Positions 48,983-62,642 of a DNA stretch of 64,000 nt are shown here, one piece after another. The position numbers were made by a program, and so were the translations under genes. Source of the DNA: Octopus bimaculoides (lineage: Eukaryota); NCBI RefSeq assembly GCF_001194135.2, contig NC_069004.1:738817-802816 (forward strand), given 5' to 3'. The notes under the pieces are model-generated. The model was not told the origin of the DNA and searched no databases. It saw only the letters and a list, made by a program, of their open reading frames with translations. Numbering within the stretch: position 1 is the stretch's first letter; every line of letters begins with the position of its first letter.

Positions 48983-49680
48983 AAAATAAAGTCAGTGTTG
49001 TTGTCACATTCGATGTTTCTCAATAAAAAAAAAGGAAAGAAATATTCGTTTTCTCTAACACTCTCTGTTTTCCAATTACTTCTCTCTCTCTCTCCCATTC
49101 TCTCTGGTGAGAAGGATATTTTGTTTACACTCTTCTTTGTACGCAAGGCTGCCACCACCATTGTGAGAGCATCCTCTCACTACTACTGCCAAAGACACCA
49201 TGTTCAGATTTTGTTTTTAAACGATTATCCCAGCAAGAAATTTCAATAAGTCAACAGAAGGAAAATGATAATTTACTCCGCCCCGAGCGGCTCAGAAAAC
49301 ATGAAATTAAACATAAACACTTGCTTAAAACAGTTCACAACAAAAGTAACAACAGACATAACACACCTACTTAAATCAGAAACAATCGTAAAATCCAGAA
49401 GCTGCAAAAACACCTCTTTCCGCTGGTTATCCCAATAATAATAATAATAATAATAATAATAAACCTTTCTACTAAAGGCACAAGGCCTGAAATTGTGGGG
49501 GAAGAGATTACATAGACCCCAGTGCTTCACTAGTACTTGATTTATCGACCCTGAAAGGATGAAAGCAAAGTCGGCCCCGGTAGAATTTGAACTCAGAACG
49601 TATCGACGGGCGAAATACCGCAAAGCATTTCGTCCAGCGCGCTAATGATTTTGCCAGCTCATCGTCTTAATAATAATAAT

Positions 49681-50875
49681 TTCCATCCTCGCGGAGAAAA
49701 CATACAAATTTATGGAACAGAACGATATTTTCCCCACTGAACAAAAAGAGTGCCGACGAGGCTCATATGGATGCAAAAACCAATTCTTAATCAATCGCAT
49801 GATCCTTGAGAACTGTCATAACAAACGCAGAAAACTCAGTTCCACATGGATTGATTGTAAAATGGCCTTTGATATCATGCCGCATTCTTGGATGCTGAAA
49901 TCGTTGGATATCTTCAGAATTTCTCCTGTGATTTCAAACTTCCTGAAGCACAACATATCAGTGTGGAATACGAATTTCCAATTATAGCACTCTAATGGAG
50001 TGCTGACTACAAACACTATTAACATCAACTGCGGCATTTTCTAAGCTGACTCACTTTCACCTCTAATTTTATGCATTGCCCTATTACCCCTTACAAGTGA
50101 ACTTAACAGAACAGGGTGTGGGTATAAAATTGACGACAAAAAAATAAGCCATCTATTATATATGGATGACTTAAAACTCTATGGCAAAGACAACAATGAG
50201 CTTGAAGGATTATTACTTACTGTGAAAGCATTCAATGATGACATCGAGATGGAATTTGGCCTTGATAAATGTGCCAAGGCCACTTTCCAGAAAGGGAAAC
50301 TGAAGACCTCACATTTAGTGGCGTTAAATGTTGATATATTTTTAAAAGAACTCGAGCAGGAACAAACTTACAAATACCTCGGAATAAATGAAGGCTCTGG
50401 CATTCAACATGCAAGTATGGCAGAGAAGATCAGGAAGAAATGTTGCAGGAGAGTTCGAGCAGTCCTAAAATCCGAGTTAAATGCACGTAACAAGGTGTTA
50501 GCCATAAATTCCTTAGCAGTTACGGTTGTCATTTACAGTTTCAATGTGTTGAACTGAAATATGAGCGAAATAAGGAAGATTGACAGGAAAATCCGTAAGC
50601 TGCTGGCTTGCAATAAGATGCACCACCCAAAAGGCAGACGCAGATCGTCTTTGCCTTCCCAGAGCCCAGGGACTTGATCCAATTTGAAATCTCTTACAAA
50701 ACCTACCACAAGTGGGCTGGCTAAATATCTTGAAATCTATAACGACTGGATGCTAAAGTTTGTTGAAGATCACGAGGGGCGTAAGAAGATTGATTCTGTC
50801 ACGAAGGAAAGCAAAAAAGTTGCAATTGAGTTCATGCATAATACCCAGGCTGAATAGCATGATGGAAGTGCAGGG
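49681..50875 (+). mobile_element. Degenerate reverse-transcriptase region of an R4/Dong-clade non-LTR retrotransposon
   Basis: EQKECRRGSYGCKNQ, WIDCKMAFDIMPHSW, GIF*ADSLSPL, HLLYMDDLKLY, EFGLDKCAK, YKYLGI. In-frame stops near 49985, 50042 and 50555. Begins right after (TAA)n. Confidence 0.92.
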
Positions 50876-51768
50876 TTAAAAAAGCCATCTGTGTAATTTA
50901 TGGACCGGTGCTCTAAGTGCCGTGCAGTGGGATTGAACCCGAGGCCGCTTGGTTGCAAAGCGAACTTGTTAATCACACAGCCATGCCTGCATGCACACAC
51001 TCTCCCACGCACACACAAACACACACGTACATGCACACACACATGGACACATACTCACACACACACACACACACACACACACATGCACCTAATGAGCAGG
51101 GAGTGGGCGTGGGAGAGTAAAAGCATAATACAATAGGAAAAACCCGCACCAAATATATAATAATAGGAAAAGGAAATGAGCGACTGAAATAGGAGAGAGA
51201 GCACTCCCTGTTTGACTCATTAGAAATCCATTTAGAAGTAGAAGTTTCATATAATAAGCAGACTGTTTCATTCCTTTGAGAGGTGGCAAAGGATAGTTTC
51301 TAACATTGAACCAGAAGCACACCAATTGTGACTAAGTCGCTTCTGAACATTTGCAAATATTGAGAAAAAAAGAAAAGAAAAGAAAAAGCTACAATGAATA
51401 CGAACCAGAAAGCGTGTCTCCTTCTTGTCGTTCGACATGCTAGAAATAGGAACCAAATATCACTTAAATGTAACATTACTGTTTTATGTAGGTATCAGTC
51501 AATGAGAGACTTCTATATGGTCGCTAAACTTGTAAGAGGGAGTAGCCGAATCTCCCTCATATCACACCCTGGTGTCTTATTGTTGTAAAGCGGTCTTTTG
51601 CCACTGTTGTATGTCTTTTGACGACGGGTGTCACTCTGACAGATATTGTTATATTCCGAAGTCGTTGATAGAATGGTTCTATCTGGCACTGTATGATCCC
51701 CAGTCATATAGTGTTATTCTCCTCATAAGGTTGGATCGTTATAACCTCCACTCAGCATCACAGTATAA

Positions 51769-51817
<49 letters not shown>

Positions 51818-52354
51818 AAACAGTTCTGTTCATTCAGCCACAAATTGTCCACTTACGCTACATAAGTTGGAGACGGTGGCGATGGAGAGAGGAGTCCATT
51901 ATTTTTCGTATTCAGCTGTCGAGGGGTGTGAAAGATGAATTGGATTGATTAAAAGAATTGTCAGCTCTCAAGTTACAATTATCGCTGCAGGACTACCAGG
52001 AAGAGAAGCCATCGCGAAATTTCCTTCAGATTTCATCTTGCTGTCTTAAACCAGGAAATACACATCGGGTAGTGTAACATGAGTTATATATGTTTAGATA
52101 CAAAGATAGGATGATGACGGGTGGTGTACTTTTGACCACCAACAACAGCAGCAACAACAAATGGTAGGAGGAGGACACTTCGAACATACATAAAGGCTCA
52201 TGGAGAAAGCTAATAAAGATATAAGACATAAGTAGACAAGTTGGTAGAGAAGTAGGATGGGTTGGGTAGGTTGGAAGTTCAAAATTAGGTAGGATACGTA
52301 TATAAGTTAGTTATTTAGATAGATAGATAGATCGATAGATACTAAATATTTTTG

Positions 52355-52991
52355 GGATCTATTTCAAAACGGGGGCACCAGTATTTTCTTAACGAAACAC
52401 TAACGAAACACTTTGAAACTTGGGACACTGGTAGAATGTGTCATATAAAACATCTTTTACTCTTAGTCTTCTTAACAAAAAAACGTACATCGCAAGTTAT
52501 TCCATGTTAAAGTTGTCGTATTTCTGTAATTTCAACCAATCACTGACGTCTATTCAGCTGAATAGAGTTACTGCTGGGCGGTCATAAAAATGTTATTCCC
52601 TGTGACATATTTCATCCGGTTTAATCGTAATTTATACGCATATATTGTTTATATAATAAATTACGCTGTGCGTATCTATGTGTGTAACAATTTTAAAGCT
52701 CGGATTCTAGAGTTAGGGTTAGTTTTAGGGTTAGGGTTAGGGTTAGGGTTAGGGGATTAATACGATATACACCGTTACAGCGCTAACTGTTTTCAACTGA
52801 ATAGACGTCAGTGATTAGTAGAAATTATCAAAATAAGACAATTTTTTACATGAAATAAATTCGAATACAAAAATTTTTTTCTGTTCTATAACACAAAATA
52901 GATAAGTATACGAAGTTTGAAAGTCTTTCGGTACCAAAAACACTACATAAAACATAAATGAAAACTGGTGCTACCGTTTTGAAATAGATCC
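52355..52991. mobile_element. Non-autonomous foldback DNA transposon (MITE) with 28-bp TIRs and internal (TTAGGG)n
   Basis: Left end GGATCTATTTCAAAACGGGGGCACCAGT; reverse complement of right end GGATCTATTTCAAAACGGTAGCACCAGT (26/28). Inner inverted repeat 52535-52562 vs 52792-52819 (26/28). No clean TSD seen. Confidence 0.85.
52713..52754 (+). repeat. Interstitial telomere-type repeat, 7 units (one variant TTAGTT)
   Basis: ttagggttagttttagggttagggttagggttagggttaggg. Confidence 0.9.
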
Positions 52992-53098
52992 TATTCTTGA
53001 CTTTGACAAAACATTTACATACAATAAGGAAGAAAGCTGCTTATTAATTATTAGGAAATATGTAATTTTTACTAAAAGAGAGCCACTGTTATAATTTA

Positions 53099-53480
53099 CA
53101 GGCGTGGCTGTGTGGTAAGTAGCTTGCTTCCCAACCACATGGTTCCGGCTTCAGTCCCACTGCGTGGCACCTTGGGCAAGTGTCTTCTACTATAGCCTCG
53201 GGCCGACCAGAGCCGTGTGAGTGGATTTGGTAGACGGAAACTGAAAGAAGCCCATCGTATATATATGTATATATTTATGTATTTGTGTGTCTGTTTGTCT
53301 CCCCACCATCGTTTGACAACCGATGTCGGTGTGTTTACGTCCCCGTAACTTAACGGTTCGGCAAAAGAGAACGATGGAATAAGTACTAGGCTTACAAGCA
53401 ATAAGTCCTGGGGTCAGTTTGTTCGACAAAAGGTGGTGCTCTAACATGGCCGCAGTCAAATGACTGAAACAAGTAAAAAA
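53099..53480 (+). mobile_element. SINE family A, full-length copy (tRNA-like head, CORE-like ggcaccttgggcaagtgtc, central microsatellite)
   Basis: Related copies at ~3455-3810 +, 11285-11440 +, 15290-15425 -, 24128-24270 +, 24548-24850 +, 26990-27235 +, 30020-30185 -, 41880-42175 -, 50900-50990 -, 54290-54400 -, 56200-56310 -. Confidence 0.85.
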
Positions 53481-54425
53481 GTAAAAGAGTATCTGGAAAA
53501 TTGAAATTTTCACATCTTTTTCCTTTTTTTTTTTTTTATCAAAATGTGGCTTTGAAGACGTCTTATCGTTCAAAATTTCAACTACAGAAAACTAATTTTA
53601 TTAAGTCGTCAAGTATGAAATTTGCAGAAAAAAAAAGTTTGCTAATGTTTTATAAATACAAGGAATATTTCTACCCAGAAAAAAACTAAAGGAATAGTCA
53701 TAGATAGAGAGAGATTTGAGAAATTGAGAGAGATGTTTGGAGATTACGTAGACCCGCTGGTGGTTGAAGTCGTGGAATTAGAAGATTTGAAACCCTTTGT
53801 GAACATTTAAAGGCAAGTAAATAAAATTTGTACTTAATAAAAAAAAAAACGAGGAAAATAGACTGTTAAAAAGTTTAAAGAAGAAAAGAAAAAGAACGAT
53901 CCCAAAACAAAACAAAAGACTGTAAGAAAAAGAACGAGCTAAAAAAAGAAAGAAAAGAAAAGACTGTCAGAACGTTTAATTGTAAAAAAAGAAATCACGG
54001 TTTCGTTTCGGAGCGGGACCGAGAAAACCGTCTCATATTCATTGTAATTCATTCTTTCATATGTTTTTTTTTTCTGTTCCCGCATATCTGTGTATGTCCC
54101 CTCTGTGTTCAGGCCTTGTCCCTATAATAAAGAGAGAAACCAGTGATTGTCACATGCTGATGACGGATCAGTACCCAGAAACATTTGCAGCAACGATTCA
54201 CGAGGCTCACGATTTGTGTCTCCCCCCTCCCACCGCCTGGAAACCATGCTGAGGCGCCGCCCTGAAGAGTTTAGTCCTAATAAATCAACTCCAGTACTTC
54301 TTTTTTTTAAGTCTGGTACTCACTGTATCGGTCACTTTACTGAACCGCTAAGTTTGGGGGACGTAAACAAACTAACGGTAGCGAGGGGACAAGCACAAAC
54401 ACAGCCTGAATTATGAGATTTTGCA

Positions 54426-54625
54426 ACATCCTCCCTATTCCCCTGATATCTCTCCTACTGATTATCACTTATTTAAGCATTTTGAAAACATTCTTAAATA
54501 GAGAAGAGGTAATTGAAGCACTCGGATACTTTATCTCAGCAAAAGATGAACTTTTTTTTAAAGATGGAATATATGACTTAGAGAAACGTTGGGTAAACGT
54601 CATAAATGAATACGGATCGTACTCT
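54426..54625 (+). mobile_element. Mariner transposase C-terminal fragment
   Basis: HPPYSPDISPTDYHLFKHFEN (YSPDL-type motif) then, after a frameshift, FFKDGIYDLEKRWVNVINEYGSY. Confidence 0.88.
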
Positions 54626-56019
54626 AACACTTCTGAAACATTTTATTGTTACCTTTCAAATACGATATTTCATGTGTGATAACCTAATATACATNNNNNN
54701 NNNNNNNNNNNNNNNNNNNNNNNNNNNNNNNNNNNNNNNNNNNNNNNNNNNNNNNNNNNNNNNNNNNNNNNNNNNNNNNNNNNNNNNNNNNNNNNNNNNN
54801 NNNNNNNNNNNNNNNNNNNNNNNNNNNNNNNNNNNNNNNNNNNNNNNNNNNNNNNNNNNNNNNNNNNNNNNNNNNNNNNNNNNNNNNNNNNNNNNNNNNN
54901 NNNNNNNNNNNNNNNNNNNNNTATATATATAAAGTAAAACAAAATAGAGTTTGCTTATATATTTAGTTACATCATCTTACATGCGATTCATAAAAAAAGG
55001 AATTGTTATTAGTTACTATGTATATAAAAATCTTATAATCCGATTGCATTGACAAATCTTCAGAAATTGCGTGACATTAATAATCAACAAATAATCTCTA
55101 TTAATGAAAATCATTAATAGTCTTTATTACTCATGCTTGGTAGACGACAATGTTGTCGGATAAACTACTACAACAATTGTATTAAATTAGGTCAAATCAT
55201 TATATTCAGCCATTGGAGCAGAATATCTTCTCGGAAAGATAACAAAAAATAGTGTTTGAGTAATCAGTGTCTCTGAATAGAATATATTTGTAGCCAAGGC
55301 TATTGGGTTACAGAGATATCGGCATGATGCCCTTATGATTTTTGATTAGATGCCTGTTCGTTTGTTAATAATCTTTCATCCCCACAGATTTAGCTTAGTA
55401 TGCATAGACTTAAGCACTTCTTTACATAATTTGGTGCGCTTATATATCTATGCAGGCATACACATGTACTCGTACATGCAATTGCATATATTTGTCTATA
55501 TGCCTGCGCACGCACGCACGCGCGCTCGCACACAGACACACACACACATACACACACACACATACACACACACACACACACAGAGGTGAATTTTAGATTA
55601 GTTGAAATACGTTTGAGATATTTTAACTAATTAAAGGATTGAAAAAATCCAAGGCAAATTCATCACAGTTACCGTAAAGAAAAATTCTCGCTTATAGAAA
55701 CGATGTAAAAACACTGTGTATACAGTGTCTACCGCTAGCAGACCCCCACCAGCCGCATTTCTGGCTCTGTAGGCTCCCTCTGTAGGAGATTCCGAAAGGA
55801 GACAACTCCGGCCAGATTCGGAAGCCGTAATCTTTTTTAGAACATTCACTATCAGTGACTGAGTTACGCTCGCGGGCTGCCAGCTCAGAATAAATAGAGT
55901 AGTATCAGCGCTAATCAGTCATAAAGAATAAACAAACTTTAGGTTATTTCAAATATGTTTGTGGCATATTTCAACTTCTAAAGCAACGGTTTCCAACCTG
56001 GGGTCCGCAAAGGTAGTAT

Positions 56020-56160
56020 TGGGAGCAGTTTCCACCGATGTCCGACCACATTTGAACTGGCGATGCCACTGCTTGACTACATCGTATGGCGATGCATTGT
56101 CACCATAAACTTCTTTCATTTTATCGAAATTCTCTTTTGGTGTACGACCTGATCCCTGAT
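56020..56160 (-). mobile_element. Mariner transposase N-terminal HTH fragment
   Basis: FDKMKEVYGDNASPYDVVKQWHRQFKCGRTSVETAP matches the mariner DNA-binding region (VYGD...VKRW...FK.GR.S). Confidence 0.78.
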
Positions 56161-57616
56161 CTGCATTCAACTGCCTCCATTATGACACATTAGTCCACCG
56201 AATTCACTTACAATGCTTTGGTAGAAGGCATTTGCCCGAGGTTCCGCGTAGGACTGAACACGAAACCACATGGTTACAAAACGACCTTCTTAACCACTCA
56301 TACCTGCCTCCATGTAATTTTCACACATTCATAATGACGCCTTTACCGAAATGTGAAATTAATGAATGTATAACACAATTATGCATATTATAACCAATGA
56401 AATATTTCACGTAATAAAAGACGAATGAACTTACAAAGTTCATTTGTCGAAACTGAACCAAAGATCATAGCCCCAAATGAAATTATAATAATATACTCTT
56501 GCCACGTGCCGATACTGTCTGTTGTAGTATAAACAAATATATGACTGTGTCATAAAGTTCTGGTACAACACTGTCACCTCATAAAATATTTCTCATAGAA
56601 TTTATGATCGTCTGGTAGAAGGCTAGCGTTCATTATATTTTGTTAAAGCAAGTTTTGATTGCTTTTGGTTTCATTGTGAACACGTTATATTATGTCTGTC
56701 GTTAATATTGCCTAGAAAAGTTATCATAGATTTTCATTTTAGACAATGAACGTTATGGAATTAAAACAGTAGAAAGAAGAAAATATCTGATTAAGAAAAG
56801 AGGAGGGAAAATGTTACGAAGCGAGAAAAAAAATATCAGTGACTGAGTGCCTATTTTCCATTTTACAACACAACGTCCATTGTACTCGAGATTAAATATT
56901 TGGTAAATTTTCTACCTAGCTTCAGTCCCGGAGATGGAAATAGTGCCCAGGCTGTTAAGGTACCTGGAATGCGCCCTCTAACGACTTACTTCTGTTTATT
57001 TTCGACATACGGGTGGAAGAAGAGCCCCTGTACATGGTTTTATGATTTCAGTAGACTATCATGAAAAAATGTAAAACTAACAAAAATGGCCTAAGTTTTC
57101 GAATCAAATTTTGTTCAACGATAGAACTGTCTTAACTATCCTTGTCACAGCGGAAAGGAATATGAAAGTTTAAAAATACGATGATTCTAACTTGTATTTG
57201 TAAATATTTGTAAATGTAGTTCTTTATTATGTGAAACAGGGATTGGCATTACGTGGCCATCGCAAATTTCAAGCTTTAGTTTACCGAAGTACAAATTAAA
57301 ACATGAAACTTATTAGGATTTCATTTCATTGGAACATATTAAGGTTTTTACCAAAATCCCACATTCCCTGGAACATCGTTTGCTGCCGAGTAATCGAAAT
57401 GCCAAATATATTTAGCTCTGGCATACAAAATGATGTGTAGTATCAATGTTTTCAGTCGATGCCATTATTTTATCGACCCCGAAAAGATAAATGGCAAAGA
57501 TGACCCGACGGAATTTGCACACAGAACGCCGGAACAACTACAACAAGACATTTTGTCGGACGTTTTAGCGAGTCTAACAATCCAGCATCCTCTTGATAAC
57601 CTATAATATAAACACA

Positions 57617-57706
<90 letters not shown>

Positions 57707-59419
57707 AATTGATAGATGACATGTAAAACTAAGTGTATCCACACTTGCTCAATGTCTTATGTAAATATTAATTCTTTCTACTCTAAGCTACAATTTTGGG
57801 GGAGGGGGAGGCTAGTCGATGCCGTCGACCCCAATGCTTAACAGGTACATCGACTCTGCAAGGATGAATAGCAAAGTCGCCCTTGGCGAAATTTGAACTC
57901 AGAACGTGAATACGGAAGAAATGCCGCAAAGCATTTTGTCCGGCATGCCAGCTCGCCTCCTTAACAGATAGCATAATAATATAAACATATACATAATGAA
58001 GATTACATTGTAATGTTAACTTATACACGCATACATAATATAGATAAGAATCATAAAAACATACACACAATACATAGCACAAAAATAATGCTTTCTAAAT
58101 TAGACACAAGGCCAGTGACTTTGGGGGGAGGGGCAAGTCAATCTCATCGACTCCAGTTCTTAACTGGTACTTTATTTTATCAACCTGAAAGAATGAAAGG
58201 TAAACTTGACCTCGGCAAAATTTGAACTTAGATCATAAAGCACTCGAACAATTACCGCTTAGCCTTTTTTTCCGAAATTCTAACGATTTCTCCAAACCAT
58301 CGCCCTCTTCATGGCTTCTGATTTAGGAACAAAGCCAACAGTTTTGAGGGCTGGGGTTAATCGATACCATTGACCTCAGTACTCCATTGGAACTTTATTT
58401 TGAGAGGATGAAAGGGAAAGTTGACCTCGGCGAGATTTGAACTTAGAACCTAAAGAGCTAGAGATGGATTCTTTTCCTGATGCTCTAGCGATTCTGCCAA
58501 CGCACTGCCCTCCAGATAACCTATAATGAAGATGTATGCATACAACATACTAGCGCGCATATATAGTTAATATAGATAAGCAAAATGTTAGAGTAATATA
58601 CACAGATACACGCGCTTACATAATATTAGATAACAAAAATAATATTAACTACGCACGCACGCACACACACACATACAGATATAATATAGATAAGAAATAT
58701 ACATAAACTGGATAACAAATGTATACAAATATACCTAGGTTTGGTTTCGTAGAATGGGAGGAAAAATCTCAAGCGAAATAAAAATAGAAATAAGAAGAAA
58801 GCACCATATAAGGACAGCAATATTCACCATTTTACACACCTGAAGGCTTATGCAACAAAAAAGGGAGGAGGAACTATAATCAACCATCGAAAGAAAGCAA
58901 GAAAGAGAGAAGGAGACAGAAAGCAAGAGACTGAGACAGAGAGAGACAGAGAGGGAGAGAGAAAGGCAAAGACAATGTGATGACGCAATAGCGACCTGAC
59001 TTACTACCATATTTGGTAATATTGTACAGCCACCGATTGATTCTTCTAAACTAGTTCTAAGGTAGTCTGTGTTAGTACTATGTCGATAGAATTCTTAACA
59101 CAACCTCTTCTTCTCCCATGTAGAGAAAACTAAAGTAATAGCAGAAGCTTCGTTTTCCTTTTTTAATATATTATCAAAATGATTCTTTTGTATTTTGATA
59201 TTTTGCCATGAAAATAGCGTGCTGATGTTTATTTTACTGTACTTTATTAAAAGATTATTATAACTCTTTATCTTATCTACTATAATCTCAGGCTATTTTC
59301 TATGTCTGTTTTCATTTCCTCTTTATTTTTGGTACGAAATTAGCAGATTAGGCAGTTAAGATGGCTGCCAATCTATCTACACAGACGACAGAAAAGAATG
59401 TTGGAATAATCCACTCACA

Positions 59420-59433
59420 GTTGCCATGGAGAC
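59420..59433 (+). promoter_or_regulatory. RFX X-box-like motif in a putative promoter/first exon
   Basis: GTTGCCATGGAGAC (consensus GTTGCCATGGCAAC), with a YY1-like AAGATGGCTG at ~59358 and a GTAAGT donor at ~59667. Confidence 0.45.
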
Positions 59434-62400
59434 GAACAGGGGTTTTAAGTCAGAAGCTAAAGCAAGCTTCAGCAACTAGGAGACAATTATTATCGGCGAA
59501 GTGGGTTGGGCGATGTCAGCTTCTTTGAAGCTGAACAAATTTATAACGCTGTGAAGCGAGTTTGTTTATTCAATCAAATTGGACTGCTCCACTTTGTCAG
59601 AAGAGCGCCAGTGTGAATCTTGCTTGCTGGCTGCTGATAAGATAGATAGACTGAAGCGAGCGCTTGGGTAAGTAGAAAGCGTGAGCATAGAATGTGCGGG
59701 GCTGCTGAAAATGTATAGGAAAATAGCAGTGTGTGATAAGTGTCTGCGTGCTGCGTGTATATATAGACATATATATACTCGCATGTTCTTAACACACGAA
59801 CTCGAAACCATTATAATCAGCAACCAATGGCAACAGACTAGAGTCATGTTGATTTATCAGATTAGATGAAAAGAGAGAAAGAATAATACCGAAAATTGGG
59901 GTAACGGTGAGAGGAGAAGGTGGTAGCGGACAGAGAGAAGAACGAGGAAGAAGGCGGGTTAAGATAAATTTAAATATAAACAGCTGGGCGGGCGTTATGA
60001 AAAGGAGGGCAACAGAGTGTGGTCTGTTATGGTAATGCGGCAGCGGGTGGAGGTTGTGAAAAGTGTGTGCGCATGCGTGCATGAGTGGATGTATGTAAGT
60101 ATGTGCGTCTTTGTGTGATGCGGGTGTTAGGTGTGAAGGGGGTGGGAAAGATTAAGAAAGGGGAGTATTGACGTCAGAATTAGAGTGGTTTGATGTGATC
60201 AGTGACAGGAAGAGTCGAAGAAAGGGAATAAGAGGTGATAGGATGTCTAAATATGTGAGCTGAAGAACAGAGGAAGGAGAGACGAGGAGAGGTAGGTGGG
60301 TAGGTAGAGAAGAAGACTTTAGGGAGAGAGGAACAGAGAGACAGAGAGAAAAATTGGGAGCAAAATAATATCTGCTCATCAACAGCACCGATAACACCAT
60401 CGGCGCCAAACTAGTTTGTATTAATATGAATTGGTTAAATGGCTTAGTTTGGGTGTTGTATATGACGAGTGTATGTGTGTGTGTGCTTGTGAGTTTCAGT
60501 CCGTGGTGTACTAGGATTAATTGTCTTGGCTGCCAGATATCATTATTATGAGGAGGAGGAGGAAATGGAGAAGGAAAGCGACTATGAGGTGGGGGAGCGT
60601 GAAGGAAGAGAAGGGGGAAGAAATGGAATGAGCGTGAAAAGCGCCATGTTGAAATTGTAGAATATATTGCCTGGTAACTGTATATGAGCTAGGGACAATG
60701 TTAATATGTATTAATAATATGTATTAATAATGTATGTATGTGTTGCCAAACGGAATAAAAATTTGAACGGATATGAATGAATGATGATAGCGTTTAATGG
60801 TTGATGGCTTGGCGGGGGTTAGGTATGTGTGCGGTATTTTAAAGTGATATGTTAAAGTATAGAAATGTCTGCCAAAGATCAGCCTGTTAGCTTCCTCACC
60901 GCGTTGTCTGGTTCCAGTCTTAAACTAATTGGGAATCCGGTAGCCGGTTCGTTTCAATATATATATATATATATATATATATTGAAAACAGAACATTTAG
61001 ACAAATACGTATAATTAGATTAGTGTGTTTAAATGTTGAGTAGAGCACCGGCACAGTTTAGGCTTCCTGTTGTCATCCGTAGTTGTGGTACACTTCCGTT
61101 GGATTTACGTCAGGAACTTCGCAGTGGAAGTTAGGGTAATAGCATAAATTAATAGGAGGAGATGGATTTCGTATTAGACTTTTATTAGGTACGACATATG
61201 TTTCGGTCCATCGCTCTGGGTCTCTGCAGGTATATTGATAAAGATGTCTCACTAGAGTTTTTTTTTTTTGTGTGTTGGTTGGGTTGTTGTATGCCCATCC
61301 AATTCAAGAACGAATAAAAGCAGAAAAATATGATAGAAACATAAAAAATTAAAGTATGAACATGGAAAGTATTCGTTCCAGTTTAGATAAAATGACGTAA
61401 ATCAGCTTTCCATGTCGTAACGGCTTAGAGGGAAAGGATGAGTTACTAATGCCGGTATGATGAGTATTTCTCCTCCAAGTCTCCTCAACAAATGAGAATA
61501 ATGAATAAAAAATTAAACTAATAGTGCTTATGTTTGTCTTTGTCATGTTGTATATATGGTATAGTATGTAATTTTGTTCTACATCCAATGTCCTAAACGT
61601 ATGTACATAGATTTACGATAAATGCGAGTTTTTATTACAAAGCTAACAATTCTTTACAAAACAGTTTAATGTTTAGATTCTTATAAAATTCTGCGACACG
61701 TATTCACTGATGGTCACTGTCTGTTCATAAAAGGAAACTCGCTCCGTCCTGGCGTTAAGTTGACGATGACGAAATTAAGGTTGATGAGATCGTCGTAATC
61801 GAGACTCACGGTAGCGATTCTGAGTTTAACGATGTCGAATTGAAGGTTGAAGTTGTCAACTTTTAAGTGGAGATCCTTCTATACACGTGCGTGCGCATGT
61901 CTGTATAAACTTTAATGCGTGTATATGTATATGTATATGTACATATGTATGTATTTGCTCGTATGTATGTATGTATGTATGTATGTATGTATGTATGTAT
62001 GTATGTAGAGACAGACAGACAGGTATATGTGTGTGTGTACGTGTGTAGCGTTAATCATCTAATAGTTAATATTCAATTTCACTGGCTTCTGTGAAGTGGA
62101 AAATATCTTACACAGAGGAAGGGGACAAAAACTAAGGTCACTCAAACCCAAAGATAAAGAGTACTTTTTGTCTCGCTTTAAGCATCATTCTGAATACTTA
62201 GTTCGCCATTGAAGTCAGAGAGAGGGGGGGGGATAAAATAATCAGGTGTAAGAGAAGAAAATATCTGTGCCATAATCGGGCAACATGAAAAAGGAATGAG
62301 TGGAAACTGACAAAATAGCTTCAAGAAGAAGAGAAACAGAGAACGTGTTTGTTTGTTTTTCTTTCTTTCAGTGTTAAAGGGAAGTTAACTACTTTGTAAA

Positions 62401-62449
62401 ACTGTTTTTGCGATATTTTTTAGTCAGTTATCGGTGGGTGTATGCAGAG

Positions 62450-62531
62450 ATGGCGGCCATGTCTATTCACAACTTTGATTTATATAGAGAATTGCCGAAT
62501 TGCCTCACGAAGAAAACGATAATAGGCGATG
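62450..62531 (+). CDS. Putative first coding exon of an unidentified gene continuing past the window (MAAMSIHNFDLYRELPNCLTKKTIIGD)
   Basis: Acceptor tttttag at ~62423, ATG in agagATGGCGGCC context, strong donor G|GTAAGT at 62532. No recognisable homology. Confidence 0.35.
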
Positions 62532-62555
62532 GTAAGTAACGAAGGGGGGAGGCGA

Positions 62556-62601
62556 GAAGAAGAAGAAGAACAAGAAGAACAAGAACAAGAACAAGAACAA
62601 G

Positions 62602-62642
<41 letters not shown>

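Noticed and set aside
54150-54195. CTGATGA-cgg...ccca-GAAAC hammerhead-like core
   Set aside because: Stems I and III cannot be paired convincingly in type I or type III topology; at most a decayed relic.
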